From an uncultured delta proteobacterium (GTDB taxonomy: Bacteria; Myxococcota_A; Polyangia; Haliangiales; Haliangiaceae): a stretch of 64,000 nt of DNA. The notes below the pieces were generated by a model. That model had not been told where the DNA came from and did no database searches. It was given only the letters and a program-made list of their open reading frames with translations. Below are positions 1 through 10,939 of the stretch, in pieces. Within the stretch, counting starts at the first letter, position 1; every line of letters begins with the position of its first letter. The stretch spans positions 32,001-96,000 of the forward strand of contig CAWKDB010000001.1 in the NCBI GenBank assembly GCA_963848295.1, read 5' to 3'. Position numbers and translations under genes: made by a program.

Positions 1-485
1 CGCTCGTCGTGGCGCGCGACATCGCGCACGCCAAGCTCAAGGAGCGGCTCGATCGCGGCGAGGGCCTGCCGCAGTACCTCAAGGACCACGCGGTCTACTA
101 TGCGGGTCCGGCGAAGACTCCCGCGGGCTATGCGTCCGGCTCGTTCGGACCGACGACCGCGGGCCGGATGGACGGCTACGTCGAGCAGTTTCAGGCCGCC
201 GGCGGCAGCCACGTGATGCTCGCGAAGGGCAACCGCTCGGCGGCGGTGACCGCGGCGTGCAAGGCTCACGGTGGATTCTACCTCGGCTCGATCGGCGGTC
301 CGGCGGCGCGGCTCGCGAAGGACTGCATCAAGCAAGTCTCGGTGCTCGAGTATCAAGAGCTCGGCATGGAGGCGGTGTGGAAGATCGACGTCGTCGATTT
401 TCCGGCGTTCATCGTCGTCGACGACAAGGGCAACGATTTCTTCGCGGGGCTCTCGGGCGACAAGAAGCTCCCGGTCAAGGCGTAG
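1..485 (+). CDS. Class I fumarate hydratase, C-terminal part (5' end outside window)
   Basis: [31 protein letters not shown] and [16 protein letters not shown] motifs of Fe-S fumarase. Confidence 0.95.
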   Translation, partial: LVVARDIAHAKLKERLDRGEGLPQYLKDHAVYYAGPAKTPAGYASGSFGPTTAGRMDGYVEQFQAAGGSHVMLAKGNRSAAVTAACKAHGGFYLGSIGGPAARLAKDCIKQVSVLEYQELGMEAVWKIDVVDFPAFIVVDDKGNDFFAGLSGDKKLPVKA

Positions 486-1515
486 CGCGCACGAGCTCCC
501 AGGTGTCGCTGGTCGTGGGCGTGACGACATCGGGGCTGCCGCCGTAGGTCACGACGACATCGCGCGTCGGATCGTAGACCGCGCCGAACGCTCCGCGCCG
601 CACCGGCATGGTCGCGACCGAGTCGAACTCGAACGGCGCCTCGACCGCATTGACGACCTCGGTGTCGGTCAACCCGATCGGGCTCGTCGGGCCATCGCCG
701 AAACCGCCGATCACGAACGTCTGATCGTAGTCCGGGATGTGCACGATCGCGGCGGCCGTGCGCTCGGCGAAGCACGTCACGCACGCCGGCGCGCCTGGCC
801 ACGCGGCGTCGGCAGGGTCATACAGCCAGGTCTGCGACCTGAGCTGGCCATCGGGGTCGGCCAACGCGACGAATCTCGCGTGCTCGTGGTCGTAGGCGAC
901 GATCGGGGTGCCATCGGCGATCCCGCCCGAGCCCTGACCGTTGGGCGACGGCGGCGTGATCTGCGTCCAGGTCGTGCCGACGAGCGTGTAGACGTCATCG
1001 GACGACTTCGCGTTTGCGACGTAACCGCCGAACATGAACAGCTCGTTCAGGTCGGGGTCGAACACCAGCTGCGCGCCCGCGCGGCCGCTCGGAGCGTTCG
1101 TCGTGGTCAGTGGCTGGAACGTGGTGCTGTCGCCGTCGAGCACGTAGACGTCGTTCTCGAACGAGCTGAAGTCCGGCGTGCCGCCGAAGATCACGATGCG
1201 ATCGCTGGCCGCGTCGTACGCCACCGCGGAATCGTTGATGCCGCCGTTCGTGCATTGTTGGCAGATCTCCGACCAGCCCGCGGTCTCGAGCTGCCACAGC
1301 GCATCGCTCGCGTTCGAGAACTCGTCGTTGCCGCCGTACATCAACACGCGCTGTCGCTTGGAGTCATAGAACAGGTGCGGCGCGTAGAGCGCGCCAGGGA
1401 GCGGATCGAGATCGGTGCGCTGGCGCCATACCCGCGCGACGCCATCGGTGGACGGCGCGCCGGGCTCGGAGATGCAAGCGCTCGCGACCAGCGCACACGC
1501 GATCGCGCGCATCAT
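475..1515 (-). CDS. Kelch-like beta-propeller lipoprotein
   Basis: Lipobox-like signal (ACALVASAC); repeated YD...(V/F)FGG...W/Y kelch-type units; start re-called to ATG 1515. Confidence 0.75.
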   Translation of the reverse strand: MMRAIACALVASACISEPGAPSTDGVARVWRQRTDLDPLPGALYAPHLFYDSKRQRVLMYGGNDEFSNASDALWQLETAGWSEICQQCTNGGINDSAVAYDAASDRIVIFGGTPDFSSFENDVYVLDGDSTTFQPLTTTNAPSGRAGAQLVFDPDLNELFMFGGYVANAKSSDDVYTLVGTTWTQITPPSPNGQGSGGIADGTPIVAYDHEHARFVALADPDGQLRSQTWLYDPADAAWPGAPACVTCFAERTAAAIVHIPDYDQTFVIGGFGDGPTSPIGLTDTEVVNAVEAPFEFDSVATMPVRRGAFGAVYDPTRDVVVTYGGSPDVVTPTTSDTWELVRATP

Positions 1516-2387
1516 CGCGTCCACCCGATGATCACCGCGCCACCATCGCGATCGATTCGCGCCGTGACGTCCACCGGCCTGGTGCGCTCGTGATGGACGA
1601 GCCAGGCGCCCACGCCGACCGCGATCGCTGCGCCGATCCAGCAGCCGATCGCCGCGCCTTGCCAGGTCTGGAACGCGCCGTGGTTCTTGGTGTAGTTGAA
1701 GTAGCTCTTCCGATCGGCGGTGCGCAGCGGTTGCAGCTCGTACTGATCGATCGCCAGGCCGCCGAGCGCGACCGCGACGCCGCCGCCGATCACGATCCAC
1801 GGCGCGAGCGTGTGGTGGACCACGCGCTCGAGGTGCAGCACGACCGTCTCGTGGTCGCCGGTCGCCACCGTGAGATCGCGCGTCGCATCGACGTAGCCCG
1901 GCGCCGATGCGCGCAGCGTGTAGTGGCCGGGGGCGAGGTGGATCGTCCCCGGCGCGAAGGTCTCGTCCGACGGGAAGCCGCTGACCGCGATCGTCGCGTC
2001 GGCCGGCGTCGTCTCGATCGCGAGGGTCGGGATGTTCGCCGCCGCGAGCTTCGCCGCCAGCTCGGCCTCGGCTTCGGCCGCCCACGGTGGCAGCGGGTCC
2101 GCGCCGTTCACCCGAGCGTGGCAGCGCGCGAAGAACAACTCGGCTTGCGGCCACAGCTCGCGTCGCGTGTAGGCAAGGCCGATCAGGCACGCGTACTCCG
2201 CGCGATGGCGCTGCGCGTCGGCTTGCTTGAACGCGTCGATCGCCTGTGTCCAGCTGCCCTGCTTGCCGAGCTCTTGACCCTTCGCGACCAGGTCGTCGAG
2301 CGGATCGGCGCGCGTCGTCGAAGCAAACGCGCATGTCGCGGCGAAGGCCACGAGCGCGAGAACCGACGGTGCGCCGATCCACCTCAT
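1512..2387 (-). CDS. Secreted TPR + PEGA domain protein with C-terminal hydrophobic segments
   Basis: Signal peptide, TPR-like helices, IETTPADATIAV...LAPGHYTLRASAPGY PEGA pattern. Confidence 0.75.
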   Translation of the reverse strand: MRWIGAPSVLALVAFAATCAFASTTRADPLDDLVAKGQELGKQGSWTQAIDAFKQADAQRHRAEYACLIGLAYTRRELWPQAELFFARCHARVNGADPLPPWAAEAEAELAAKLAAANIPTLAIETTPADATIAVSGFPSDETFAPGTIHLAPGHYTLRASAPGYVDATRDLTVATGDHETVVLHLERVVHHTLAPWIVIGGGVAVALGGLAIDQYELQPLRTADRKSYFNYTKNHGAFQTWQGAAIGCWIGAAIAVGVGAWLVHHERTRPVDVTARIDRDGGAVIIGWTR

Positions 2388-2460
2388 CCCGAGCAGCTCC
2401 CATAGGATAGCGATCTGTCGCCAGCTAGTAAAGACCGAACGGATCGCCGACGGTGGATGC

Positions 2461-3681
2461 GTGTTCGTCGGTATCGATTTCGGAACCACTAACTCGGCGG
2501 TCGCGATCGCCGACGAGCGCGGCGGTGTCGCGCTCGCACCGCTCGCCGGCGCGCCGTACTGGCGCACGGTGTTGTACTTCGAGCCCGGCGGCGGGCTCAC
2601 CGCAGGTGCGCGTGCGATCGCGCGCTACGTCGAGACCGAAGGCGAGGGCCGGCTGGTCCAGTCGATCAAGAGTCACCTCGCGAGCGCTTCGTTCACGCGC
2701 ACGACGATCTTCGGCAAGCGCTGGGCGCTCGAAGACATCGTCGCGGCGTATCTGCGCCACGTGCGCAGCGCCGTCGGCATCGAGCTCGGCAACCGCTGCG
2801 TGATCGGGCGGCCGGTGCGTTACTGGGGCGCGGAGACCGCGGACGACGACGCGCGTGCGGTGACTCGGATGCGCTCGGCGCTCGCGAGCGCCGGCTTCGA
2901 CGAGGTCGTGTTCGAGTACGAGCCGGTCGGCGCGGCCGCCCGTTATGCCGCTCGACTCGATCGCGAGCAGCTGATCGTCGTCGCGGACTTCGGCGGCGGC
3001 ACGACCGACTTTTCGGTGTTGCGCGTCGGGCCGGGTGCGACGATCGTGCTCGCGACCGGCGGCGTCGGGATCTCGGGCGACGCGTTCGACGCGCGCGTCA
3101 TCGATGCGGTCGTGGCGCCGGCACTCGGGCGCGGCACGCGTTATCGCGACGAGATGGGCGGCGAGGCGCCGGTGCCCGCGTGGCTGTATGGCCATCTCCG
3201 GCGCTGGCACCTGCTGTCTTTTCTCAAGGAGGACTCGACCCAACGCCTGCTCGCGCGCGTGTTGCGCGGTGCGATCGAGCCCGAGCCGCTCGAGAAGCTG
3301 ATCCAGATCGTCGACGACGATCTCGGGCTCGCGCTGCATCGCGCGGTCGAAGGCGCGAAGCTCGCGCTGTCGGTCGGTGACGCGGCTCGGGTCTCCGACC
3401 GAGTGATCGGCATCGATCTGCCGGTGACGCGCACGGCGTTCGATCGCTGGATCGCACCCGACCTCGACGCGATCGACACGGTGCTCGACGACGTCCTCGC
3501 GCGCGCCGGGATCGCCGCGACCGCGATCGATCACGTGTTCGCGACGGGCGGGAGCTCGCTCGTCCCCGCGGTGCGCGCCCGCCTCGCCGATCGGTTCGGC
3601 GCCGAACGGATCGAAGGGGGCGACGAGCTCACGAGCGTCGCGTGGGGGCTCGCGGCGCGCGCGCGCTCAGTGTTTGGCTAG
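2461..3681 (+). CDS. Hsp70-family protein (YegD-like)
   Basis: GIDFGTTNS, DFGGGTTDFS and TGGSS actin/Hsp70 ATPase motifs; no DnaK substrate-binding domain. Confidence 0.9.
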   Translation: MFVGIDFGTTNSAVAIADERGGVALAPLAGAPYWRTVLYFEPGGGLTAGARAIARYVETEGEGRLVQSIKSHLASASFTRTTIFGKRWALEDIVAAYLRHVRSAVGIELGNRCVIGRPVRYWGAETADDDARAVTRMRSALASAGFDEVVFEYEPVGAAARYAARLDREQLIVVADFGGGTTDFSVLRVGPGATIVLATGGVGISGDAFDARVIDAVVAPALGRGTRYRDEMGGEAPVPAWLYGHLRRWHLLSFLKEDSTQRLLARVLRGAIEPEPLEKLIQIVDDDLGLALHRAVEGAKLALSVGDAARVSDRVIGIDLPVTRTAFDRWIAPDLDAIDTVLDDVLARAGIAATAIDHVFATGGSSLVPAVRARLADRFGAERIEGGDELTSVAWGLAARARSVFG

Positions 3682-4539
3682 GAACTTGTCGACGAGGCGA
3701 TAGAAGCCGTCGGGGTCGTCGTACATGACGAAGTGCTTGGTGTGCGGCAGCACCTTGACGACGTGATCGGGGATCGCTTCGACCTGCTGCGTGATCATCT
3801 GTTGATTGCCGCCGTCGGCGAGCACGACGAGCACCGGCGCGCGGATGTTCGCGACCTGGTCGCGCAGGTCGGTCGTGACGGTCTCGTAGATCGCGTCGCC
3901 CATCGTGTGACGGTCGGATTTCGCGATCGCGCCCAAGATCGGCTCGATCGTTTTCGGATCGGTGACCATGCTCGAGTACGCGGTCTTCACTTGATCCGGT
4001 AGCTCGTCATCGCCCGCTTGCGCCCACATGTTGCGCAGCGATCGCGCGGTCTCGTCGTCGGTGTCGGCGAGCGCGGGCCCGGCATCGACGATGATCACGC
4101 CGCCGATCAGATCGGGCGCGGTCGCCGCGAGCCAGTACGCGATCGTGCCGCCGAGGCTGTGGCCGACGATGATCGGCTTGTCGAGGTGACGCGACCGGAT
4201 GTAGCGGATCAGCTCCTTGCGTACGGTCGCTGCGAGCGGGCCGTGGATCCGCGGTCGCCCGGCGAACCCCGACAGGGTCAAGACGTGGCTCTCGACCTTG
4301 TCGCCGAGGTGGGCGACCGTGCCGTCCCAGACCTCGCCCGGACAGCCGAGACCGGGGATGAAGATGATCGCACGCCCGTGGCCGCTGACCTTCGCGGCGA
4401 ACGAACGCGGCTTGTAGCCGGCGGCGTCGACGAACGGTCGTCCGCCGAGCTCGTCGCCCGGTGCGTCGATCGGATCACCTGCGCGCTCGGTGCTCGCGCC
4501 GCAGGCGGCGAGGGCGAGGACCAGCACGAGGGATCGCAC
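3667..4539 (-). CDS. Alpha/beta hydrolase lipoprotein
   Basis: FIPGLG oxyanion loop, GHSLGG nucleophile elbow, HFVMYD His motif; lipobox LAAC. Confidence 0.9.
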   Translation of the reverse strand: MRSLVLVLALAACGASTERAGDPIDAPGDELGGRPFVDAAGYKPRSFAAKVSGHGRAIIFIPGLGCPGEVWDGTVAHLGDKVESHVLTLSGFAGRPRIHGPLAATVRKELIRYIRSRHLDKPIIVGHSLGGTIAYWLAATAPDLIGGVIIVDAGPALADTDDETARSLRNMWAQAGDDELPDQVKTAYSSMVTDPKTIEPILGAIAKSDRHTMGDAIYETVTTDLRDQVANIRAPVLVVLADGGNQQMITQQVEAIPDHVVKVLPHTKHFVMYDDPDGFYRLVDKFLAKH

Positions 4540-4636
4540 CCCGCGACTATGCCACCGTCGGAGGCGTTCGAATCGCCGCAGCGTTGTCACATTCGCAAGC
4601 CGGATGTGAAACGCACGCGCGGTTCGATGCAGGGCC

Positions 4637-5929
4637 GTGCGCGCTCTAGCCTTCGCGACCCTCGGTCTTGTCGTTGCCGCGACCTCCTACGCGGTGGCTC
4701 AGCCCGCGCCAGCCGAGCCCCCTGCGGCGCCGGCACCCGAGCCCGCGCCACCGCCCGCGCCCGCGCCGCCGCCCGCCGCGCCGCCGCCCGCCGTGCCTGC
4801 ACCAACGCCTCCGCCGTCTCCGCCACCGCCGGACACCGCGCCCGAGCCGTCGCTGCAAACCGAGGAGGTGAGCCCGAGCGCCACACCATGGGCGATGCGA
4901 TTCGGTGGGTTCATCCAGCCGCAGTATCGAGTGCGCCAAGACGCACCCGGAGCGCCTAACGACACCAACGGGTTTCGCCTCGCGCGCGCGCGGTTCACCG
5001 CGACGGGCTCCGGCAAGCTCGGCAACATCGATCTGTCGTCCTACGTCGAGGCCGAGCTCCAGCCGTCGTTCTCGCTGTACGACGCCTACGTCACCGCGCG
5101 CCGGGCGCTCCCGGACCAGGGCGAGATCGCGATCGACCTGGGCCAGACCCGCACTCCGATCTCGATGCAGCAGCTGATCAGCGATACCCGCCGCTCGTTT
5201 GTCGAAGCCGCGCAGATCCAGACGATCGCGCCCGATCGCGACCTCGGGTTGCGGCTGTGGTTCACGCCGCCGAAGGCGAAGTGGATCCGGCTGATCGCCG
5301 GCGCGTTCAACGGCGAAGGCCGCAACCAAGTCCAGAATATCAACGAGAGCCTGTTCTACGCCGGCCGGCTCGAATTCACGCCGTTCGGCAAGGTGACGTA
5401 CGCCGAGTCGGCCTTCGCCGGGAACTGGCTGTCCGCTGCGATCTCGGCCGGCTACAACAAGCTGACGCCGGGCATGTATCACGAGAACGACAAGTACCTC
5501 GGCTACGACATTTCGGGAGCGTGGGACGGACTGTCCGGCTCGTACGAGTACCTCCAGGTCCAGCACGATTACCAAGGCGATGCGGCGAATTTCCCCGGCC
5601 CGACGTATCTGTCGAACGGCTGGGTCGCGCAGGTCGCGTACTTGCTGCCGATGCGGCTGCCGCCGTTCCGCAAGAGCCGGCTCGAGCTCGGGTTTCGCGT
5701 CGAAGAAATCGATCGCAACAATGCCGTCCCGATCACGATGATCGGCGATCCGAATCAGTCTTCTCGCGAGTACACCGCCGTGGTCTCCTACTACTTGCGG
5801 GAACACACGATGAAGCTCCAGATCGCCGCGAGCCACTTCACCGAGGTCGAGAACCACACCGCGACCGGGGCGGATGCGACCTACCCGAACGATCAGATCC
5901 TCGCCCAACTCACCTATCGAGTGGAGTGA
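4637..5929 (+). CDS. Outer-membrane beta-barrel, phosphate-selective porin (OprO/OprP)-like
   Basis: Signal peptide, Pro-rich linker, GFIQPQY...GFRLARARF, DAYV...GQTRTP, RDLG, GAFNGEG patterns. Confidence 0.65.
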   Translation: MRALAFATLGLVVAATSYAVAQPAPAEPPAAPAPEPAPPPAPAPPPAAPPPAVPAPTPPPSPPPPDTAPEPSLQTEEVSPSATPWAMRFGGFIQPQYRVRQDAPGAPNDTNGFRLARARFTATGSGKLGNIDLSSYVEAELQPSFSLYDAYVTARRALPDQGEIAIDLGQTRTPISMQQLISDTRRSFVEAAQIQTIAPDRDLGLRLWFTPPKAKWIRLIAGAFNGEGRNQVQNINESLFYAGRLEFTPFGKVTYAESAFAGNWLSAAISAGYNKLTPGMYHENDKYLGYDISGAWDGLSGSYEYLQVQHDYQGDAANFPGPTYLSNGWVAQVAYLLPMRLPPFRKSRLELGFRVEEIDRNNAVPITMIGDPNQSSREYTAVVSYYLREHTMKLQIAASHFTEVENHTATGADATYPNDQILAQLTYRVE

Positions 5930-5931
5930 TC

Positions 5932-7236
5932 ATGCGCGCCCGCTTGCTCTATCTACTGTTCGTCGCAGGATGCGTGAAGGGCGATCCGATCGATCTCGGC
6001 TCGTTCGTCAACAATGGCGGCTCGCTCGTGATCGACGGCTGCGGCTACACGTTGACGACCTATCCCGGCGCGGAAGCGCCGACCGTCGCGCTCGCCGCGT
6101 TCGGTGCCGACCCGACCCCGAAGAACATCCACCTCGGGCTGATGGGCGATCCGAAGACCTCGATGGTCGCGCAATGGCGAACCAACGACGACACGACTCG
6201 CGCATCGAGCGTTCGCTACGGCGTCGGCGCGAACCTCACCGCCGCCCAGCTGACGACCACGGTGCAGGGCATCGAGTTCGGCTATCAAGGCACCGGCGGC
6301 AGCATCTATCGCGTCCACCAAGGCCATCTGTGCGGATTGTCGCCGGGCACGACCTACAGCTATCAAGTCGGCGGCGAGGATCTTAGCGGCAACTCGAACT
6401 ACTCGCCGATCTTCACGTTCCACACCGCGCCCGATATCAACGCGAACCCCGATACGTCCGTCGTGCTCGGCTTCGTCGGCGACTCGCGCGGCGGCTACGA
6501 CGTGTGGCAGCAGCTGATCACGGAGCTCCAGAGTCGCACGCCGGATCTGATCCTGTTCTCCGGCGACGCCGTCACGTTCGGGATCACGCAGGACGAGTGG
6601 GAAGACTTCTTCGCGCTCGCGCAGCCGCTGTTCGCGAACGTCCCGATGATCGCCGCCGACGGCAACCACGAGGCCAACGCGGTGAACTTCTATTCGCAGG
6701 TCGCGATGCCTGGCGATCAGCAGGACTACGGCGTCGACTACGGCTTCGCCCACATCACGGTCGGTAACGACTCGCCGGACGATCCGAGCGCGATCACCGG
6801 TGCGGCTCGTGACGCGATCGCGGCGGACTTCGCGGCGAGCCAGGGTGCGCAGTGGAAGATCTTCATGCACCACCAGCCGATCTGGTCGGCGTCGACCCGG
6901 CACGGATCGAGCGCGACGTTGCAGATGGCCTGGCAGCCGCTGATCGACCAGTACCATATCGACCTCGTGCTCAACGGTCACGACCACGACTACGAGGTCA
7001 CCAAGCCGCTGGTCGGCATGACCGTCCAGCCGACCTCCGATAACGCGACGGTGTACATCGTCGCCGGCGGCGCGGGCGCCGAGCTCTATCCGAACGGCAG
7101 CAACTTCTGGACGCAGTACTCCGAGAGCACGTACTCGGCCGCGACGATCAACGTCCGTCAAGGACAGCTCGACTTCGAGGCGTTTCGTCAAGACGGATCG
7201 GTGATCCCGACCGGATTCACGAAGACCAAGCCATGA
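5932..7236 (+). CDS. Purple acid phosphatase-like metallophosphoesterase lipoprotein with N-terminal FN3-like domain
   Basis: GDSRG, SGDAV, GNHE, MHH, GHDH metal-ligand motifs; PKNIHL...GLSPGTTYSYQVG N-domain; lipobox VAGC. Confidence 0.9.
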   Translation: MRARLLYLLFVAGCVKGDPIDLGSFVNNGGSLVIDGCGYTLTTYPGAEAPTVALAAFGADPTPKNIHLGLMGDPKTSMVAQWRTNDDTTRASSVRYGVGANLTAAQLTTTVQGIEFGYQGTGGSIYRVHQGHLCGLSPGTTYSYQVGGEDLSGNSNYSPIFTFHTAPDINANPDTSVVLGFVGDSRGGYDVWQQLITELQSRTPDLILFSGDAVTFGITQDEWEDFFALAQPLFANVPMIAADGNHEANAVNFYSQVAMPGDQQDYGVDYGFAHITVGNDSPDDPSAITGAARDAIAADFAASQGAQWKIFMHHQPIWSASTRHGSSATLQMAWQPLIDQYHIDLVLNGHDHDYEVTKPLVGMTVQPTSDNATVYIVAGGAGAELYPNGSNFWTQYSESTYSAATINVRQGQLDFEAFRQDGSVIPTGFTKTKP

Positions 7237-8387
7237 GCCGACTCGCGATCGCGGTGATCGCGATCGCGGCGACCGGCTCGATGGCCGCAGCGGACGATGC
7301 CGAGACCGCGGCCGATCGTGCGTTTCGCGCGGCGGAGACGGCGGTCACCAATGGCTCGGCGGCGGCGGCGCTCGACCAGTTCGAAGCGCTCGGTGCCGCT
7401 CGGCCCATCACGCGGTGGACCGACGACGCCTGGCTCGAGGCGGCCCGGCTCGCCGAACGCGCTCGCGACTACGATCGGGCGCGGCGTGATTTCGAAGCGG
7501 TGATCGCGGTGACGACTGACGACCAGCTCGCGAGGCGCGCGAAGAACGCGCTGGCTCGGATCGCGACCGCTGCGGGCGCCGAGGGCCAGTGGAGCGCGGT
7601 CGCCGCCGATTTCGATCGCCTCGCCAGTGCGATCCTCGCGCCGACCGGCGATCCGAAGCCCGCGATCCGCGAGCTCGAGCAGCTCGTGCTCGATCATCCC
7701 GACTATCCGCGCGCGGGCAACGCGCGGCTCGTGATCGCTCGCGGCTGGGAGCGCGATGGCGATGCCGACCGCGCGGTCGCGACGCTGCGCGCCGCCGCGA
7801 ACATCGGTCCGGCGATCGATCGCCGCCGCGCGGGCTTGGAGCTCGTGCGCGTGCTCGTGCGCCACGACGACCTCGACGAGGCGACCGCGGCGCTCGCCCG
7901 CGTCGATCACGTCGATCCGCACGATCGCGCCGAGGTCGCCGATCAGCTCGAGACCGCGCGCCATCGCGAGTGGTGGCGGCGCGCGCTGTGGCTGGGGCTC
8001 GCCGCGCTCGGCGCCGCCGCTGCGATCCGGCTGCGCCGGGCGACCGGGTCGTGGCGCGCGACCGGCCGCGCGCTGCTCCGGCCACCGATCGAGCTCGCGT
8101 TCTTCGTGCCGATCGCGGTCGTCATCGTCATCGTCGCCGCGACCGGCAACCCGATGGTCGCGCGCGCGGTCCGGACGATCGCGATCGCGGGCGCCGTGGT
8201 CGGATGGCTGTCGGGTGTCGCGCTCGAGGCACGGCGCCGGCGCGGCCCCTTGTCGCGGTTCGGTGCCGTTGGCCATGCCGCATGCGCCGCGCTCGCCGTC
8301 GCCGCCGCGGTGTGGCTCGCGATCGATCGCGGTCACATGATCGATCTCGTCGAGATGACGTGGCGCGACGGCCCGGCGATGCGCTGA
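7233..8387 (+). CDS. TPR-repeat membrane protein
   Basis: Signal peptide, helical TPR-like repeats, about 4 C-terminal hydrophobic segments; ATGA overlap with the phosphatase gene. Confidence 0.65.
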   Translation: MSRLAIAVIAIAATGSMAAADDAETAADRAFRAAETAVTNGSAAAALDQFEALGAARPITRWTDDAWLEAARLAERARDYDRARRDFEAVIAVTTDDQLARRAKNALARIATAAGAEGQWSAVAADFDRLASAILAPTGDPKPAIRELEQLVLDHPDYPRAGNARLVIARGWERDGDADRAVATLRAAANIGPAIDRRRAGLELVRVLVRHDDLDEATAALARVDHVDPHDRAEVADQLETARHREWWRRALWLGLAALGAAAAIRLRRATGSWRATGRALLRPPIELAFFVPIAVVIVIVAATGNPMVARAVRTIAIAGAVVGWLSGVALEARRRRGPLSRFGAVGHAACAALAVAAAVWLAIDRGHMIDLVEMTWRDGPAMR

Positions 8388-8395
8388 CGAACGCC

Positions 8396-8866
8396 TCAGT
8401 CGACGAAGAACGCCGAGACCTGACCGAGATCGGCGCGCGCGGTGAACGTCGGCTTGTGGTCTTCGATCGCGCAACACTGCGCGGTGCGAAACGGCTGGAT
8501 CGCCGGCACGCCGAGCAAGAATGCACCTAGCGCCGAGATCGCAGGCTCGTGCCCGACCACGACGACCGCGCCGCCCAATGCGGCGAGCTCGCCGGCCGCG
8601 ACGCGCGGTTGCGCCGATGGCTCGAGGCAGCGCCACGACGCGATCGCGGCGATGTAATCGAGGCCGGCAGCGAGCAGCTCGGCGGTCTGCACCGCGCGCG
8701 GCAGCGGCGAGCACACGATCGCGCCGGGCGCGACGTTGGTTTCGCGCAGCAGCCGGGCGAGCACGCGCGCCGATTCGCGGCCGCGATCGCTCAACCACCG
8801 ATCGCGATCGCTGCCGGCTCGCGCTTCGGGCACCGCTTCGCCGTGGCGAACGAGGTAGATCTTCAT
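8396..8866 (-). CDS. sixA: Phosphohistidine phosphatase, SixA-like
   Basis: LVRHGEA, SPLPRAVQTA and VVVGHEP histidine phosphatase motifs; 156 aa. Confidence 0.85.
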   Translation of the reverse strand: MKIYLVRHGEAVPEARAGSDRDRWLSDRGRESARVLARLLRETNVAPGAIVCSPLPRAVQTAELLAAGLDYIAAIASWRCLEPSAQPRVAAGELAALGGAVVVVGHEPAISALGAFLLGVPAIQPFRTAQCCAIEDHKPTFTARADLGQVSAFFVD

Positions 8867-10371
8867 GGCTTGGTGACCGGGCCGCCGCTGCCCTCTTCCA
8901 CCGGCAACGGCTCGTCTGATCCCGCGTGCTCGATCACGGGCGGCGCCTGCTTGCACAGCGGGGCCGGGCCCGCAGACAACACGTCGAGCGCGATCCCGGC
9001 CTTGTTATCGAGCTTCTGTGACTCGTGCCCGGTCGTGGTGTCCCACAGCCGGATCGCCCCGTCGCCATCGTCGTAGGCGAGGGTCGTAGGATCGATCCAC
9101 CGGTTCGCGAACCGGCTCTTCGCGGTCAGCACGTGCTTGAGTGCGCCGGTCTTGTCGTCGGCGATGTACAGCGATGGCGCCGCATCGACCGCGCAGGGAT
9201 CGACCGCGGTGGCGAACGCGACGTGGCCGCCGCCCGGGCTCACCGCGACCGTGAGCTGCGCGGCTTGGCCAGACTCCGGCACGGCGATCGTCGCGCCACC
9301 CGCGGTCTTGAGCGTGGGCGCCGTCGCCGGCTCTGCGGTCCACGCGGCATCCACGCCGTCGGGCTTGCGGACGAGCCGACCTTCGTCGAGCGTGAACTCG
9401 ATGCGCGGCACGGGCAGCGGGTCCGCCACCTTCGTCAGCTTGCCGGTCGACTTGTCGACCGAGGCGATCACGGGATCGGCGAGTCCCCAGCGACCGTTCG
9501 CCGCGGCGGTGCCGACGAGGAGTTGATCGCCCGCGCCGTAGCCGACCGACACCATCCGCGCCGCCGGCAGGTGGACGCGCGGGCTCGGCTTGAAGTCGCT
9601 GTCTAGCACGACGAGCCACGGTCGCGCGACGAGCGCCGGCGCGTCGTCCGCCTTCGGGTGATCGACCTTGTCGAACCCGAGCACCGCGGTCTCCGCGTTG
9701 TCCGGCGCCCGGACAAAGCCGACGACCTGGTGATCGGTGTGGGTGAGGCGCAAGTAGCGCTTGCTATCCCGATCGAACACATAGAGCTCGCCGCGGCTCG
9801 ACGCCGGTTGCACGCCGGCGGCGGCGGGCCACTTGAACGCGCTGCGCCGGCCGACGAGCCAGACCCCGGCTTTGATCTCCTTGACGTATTCGTCGTGGAT
9901 CCGCTGCGCGAGCGCGATGACCGCTTGGCCGTGGGGCGTGGCGATGAGCGGCTTGAGGTCGTCGTCGCCGAGCTTGGGGGCGTAGTAGAAATAGTCGCCG
10001 GCGATCGCGGTGACCGCGTGATCGACCGCGGCGGCCGGGTCGCCTTGCTGCGCGAGTGCGGCGGCGAGCAACCATTGAGCATCGAGGTGCTGCGGATCCT
10101 TCGCGAGTGCGGCTTCGCAGTCGGCCTTGACCGCCGCCCAGTCGTGGGTCTTCGTCTTCGCCACGACCGCTTTTTCGTAGGCGGGCGCACCCTCGGCGTA
10201 GATGAAGCCGAACCTCGCGATCTTGTCCACGCCGAGCGCGGGCAGCGCGAGCGGAGCGGCGTGGGGCGCGATGGGCCCGCCATCCTGCCTTACCGCGGGC
10301 GCTTGTTTCTTCTTGCCGCAGCCCAGAAGCGCCACTGTAAGGAGCAGCCATGGTAATCGTTGCAGCACCAA
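8863..10371 (-). CDS. Hypothetical lipoprotein (TPR-like region plus beta-propeller-like region)
   Basis: Lipobox LLGC; helical N-half; Trp/Asp beta-rich C-half. Confidence 0.6.
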   Translation of the reverse strand: MVLQRLPWLLLTVALLGCGKKKQAPAVRQDGGPIAPHAAPLALPALGVDKIARFGFIYAEGAPAYEKAVVAKTKTHDWAAVKADCEAALAKDPQHLDAQWLLAAALAQQGDPAAAVDHAVTAIAGDYFYYAPKLGDDDLKPLIATPHGQAVIALAQRIHDEYVKEIKAGVWLVGRRSAFKWPAAAGVQPASSRGELYVFDRDSKRYLRLTHTDHQVVGFVRAPDNAETAVLGFDKVDHPKADDAPALVARPWLVVLDSDFKPSPRVHLPAARMVSVGYGAGDQLLVGTAAANGRWGLADPVIASVDKSTGKLTKVADPLPVPRIEFTLDEGRLVRKPDGVDAAWTAEPATAPTLKTAGGATIAVPESGQAAQLTVAVSPGGGHVAFATAVDPCAVDAAPSLYIADDKTGALKHVLTAKSRFANRWIDPTTLAYDDGDGAIRLWDTTTGHESQKLDNKAGIALDVLSAGPAPLCKQAPPVIEHAGSDEPLPVEEGSGGPVTKP

Positions 10372-10382
10372 CGGAGGATGCC

Positions 10383-10922
10383 ATGAAGACCCCTATGCTC
10401 GCGCTCGCGGTCGCACTCGTCTGCGGCTGTTCTCATCAGAAGCCCAAGGCGACGACGCCGACCGCGGCCGAGCCGCCCCCGGAAAACACCACGAAGCCGG
10501 CTCCGGCGGTGACGACCGATCAGAAGGTCAGCAACAACCTCGCGCTGGCCGGCGACCTGCTCGCGATGTGCGGCATCAAGGCGACGCCGTCCGCGGCGAA
10601 CCCGAAGTTCGACTACGACAAGGACGAGCTCACCGCCGATGACCGCAACGTCCTCGACCAGCTCGCGACGTGCATGACGACGGGCGCGCTCAAGGGCAAG
10701 CCGGTCGCCCTGATCGGTCGCGCCGATCCACGTGGCACCACCGAGTACAACCTCGGTCTCGGATCGCGCCGCGCCGGCACGGTCAGCTCGTATCTCGAGC
10801 ACCTCGGCGTGGTTCAGACCCAGCTCGCGGTCACGACGCGCGGCTCGCTCGATGCGACGGGAACCGACGAGGCGACGTGGGCCGCCGATCGCCGGGTCGA
10901 CGTCCAGCTCAAGCGAGACTGA
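10383..10922 (+). CDS. OmpA/Pal-family peptidoglycan-binding lipoprotein
   Basis: FDYDK, GRADPRGTTEYNLGLGSRRA, DRRVD; GGAGG RBS before ATG 10383. Confidence 0.9.
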   Translation: MKTPMLALAVALVCGCSHQKPKATTPTAAEPPPENTTKPAPAVTTDQKVSNNLALAGDLLAMCGIKATPSAANPKFDYDKDELTADDRNVLDQLATCMTTGALKGKPVALIGRADPRGTTEYNLGLGSRRAGTVSSYLEHLGVVQTQLAVTTRGSLDATGTDEATWAADRRVDVQLKRD

Positions 10923-10939
10923 TCGGGTACAGTCGCGAC

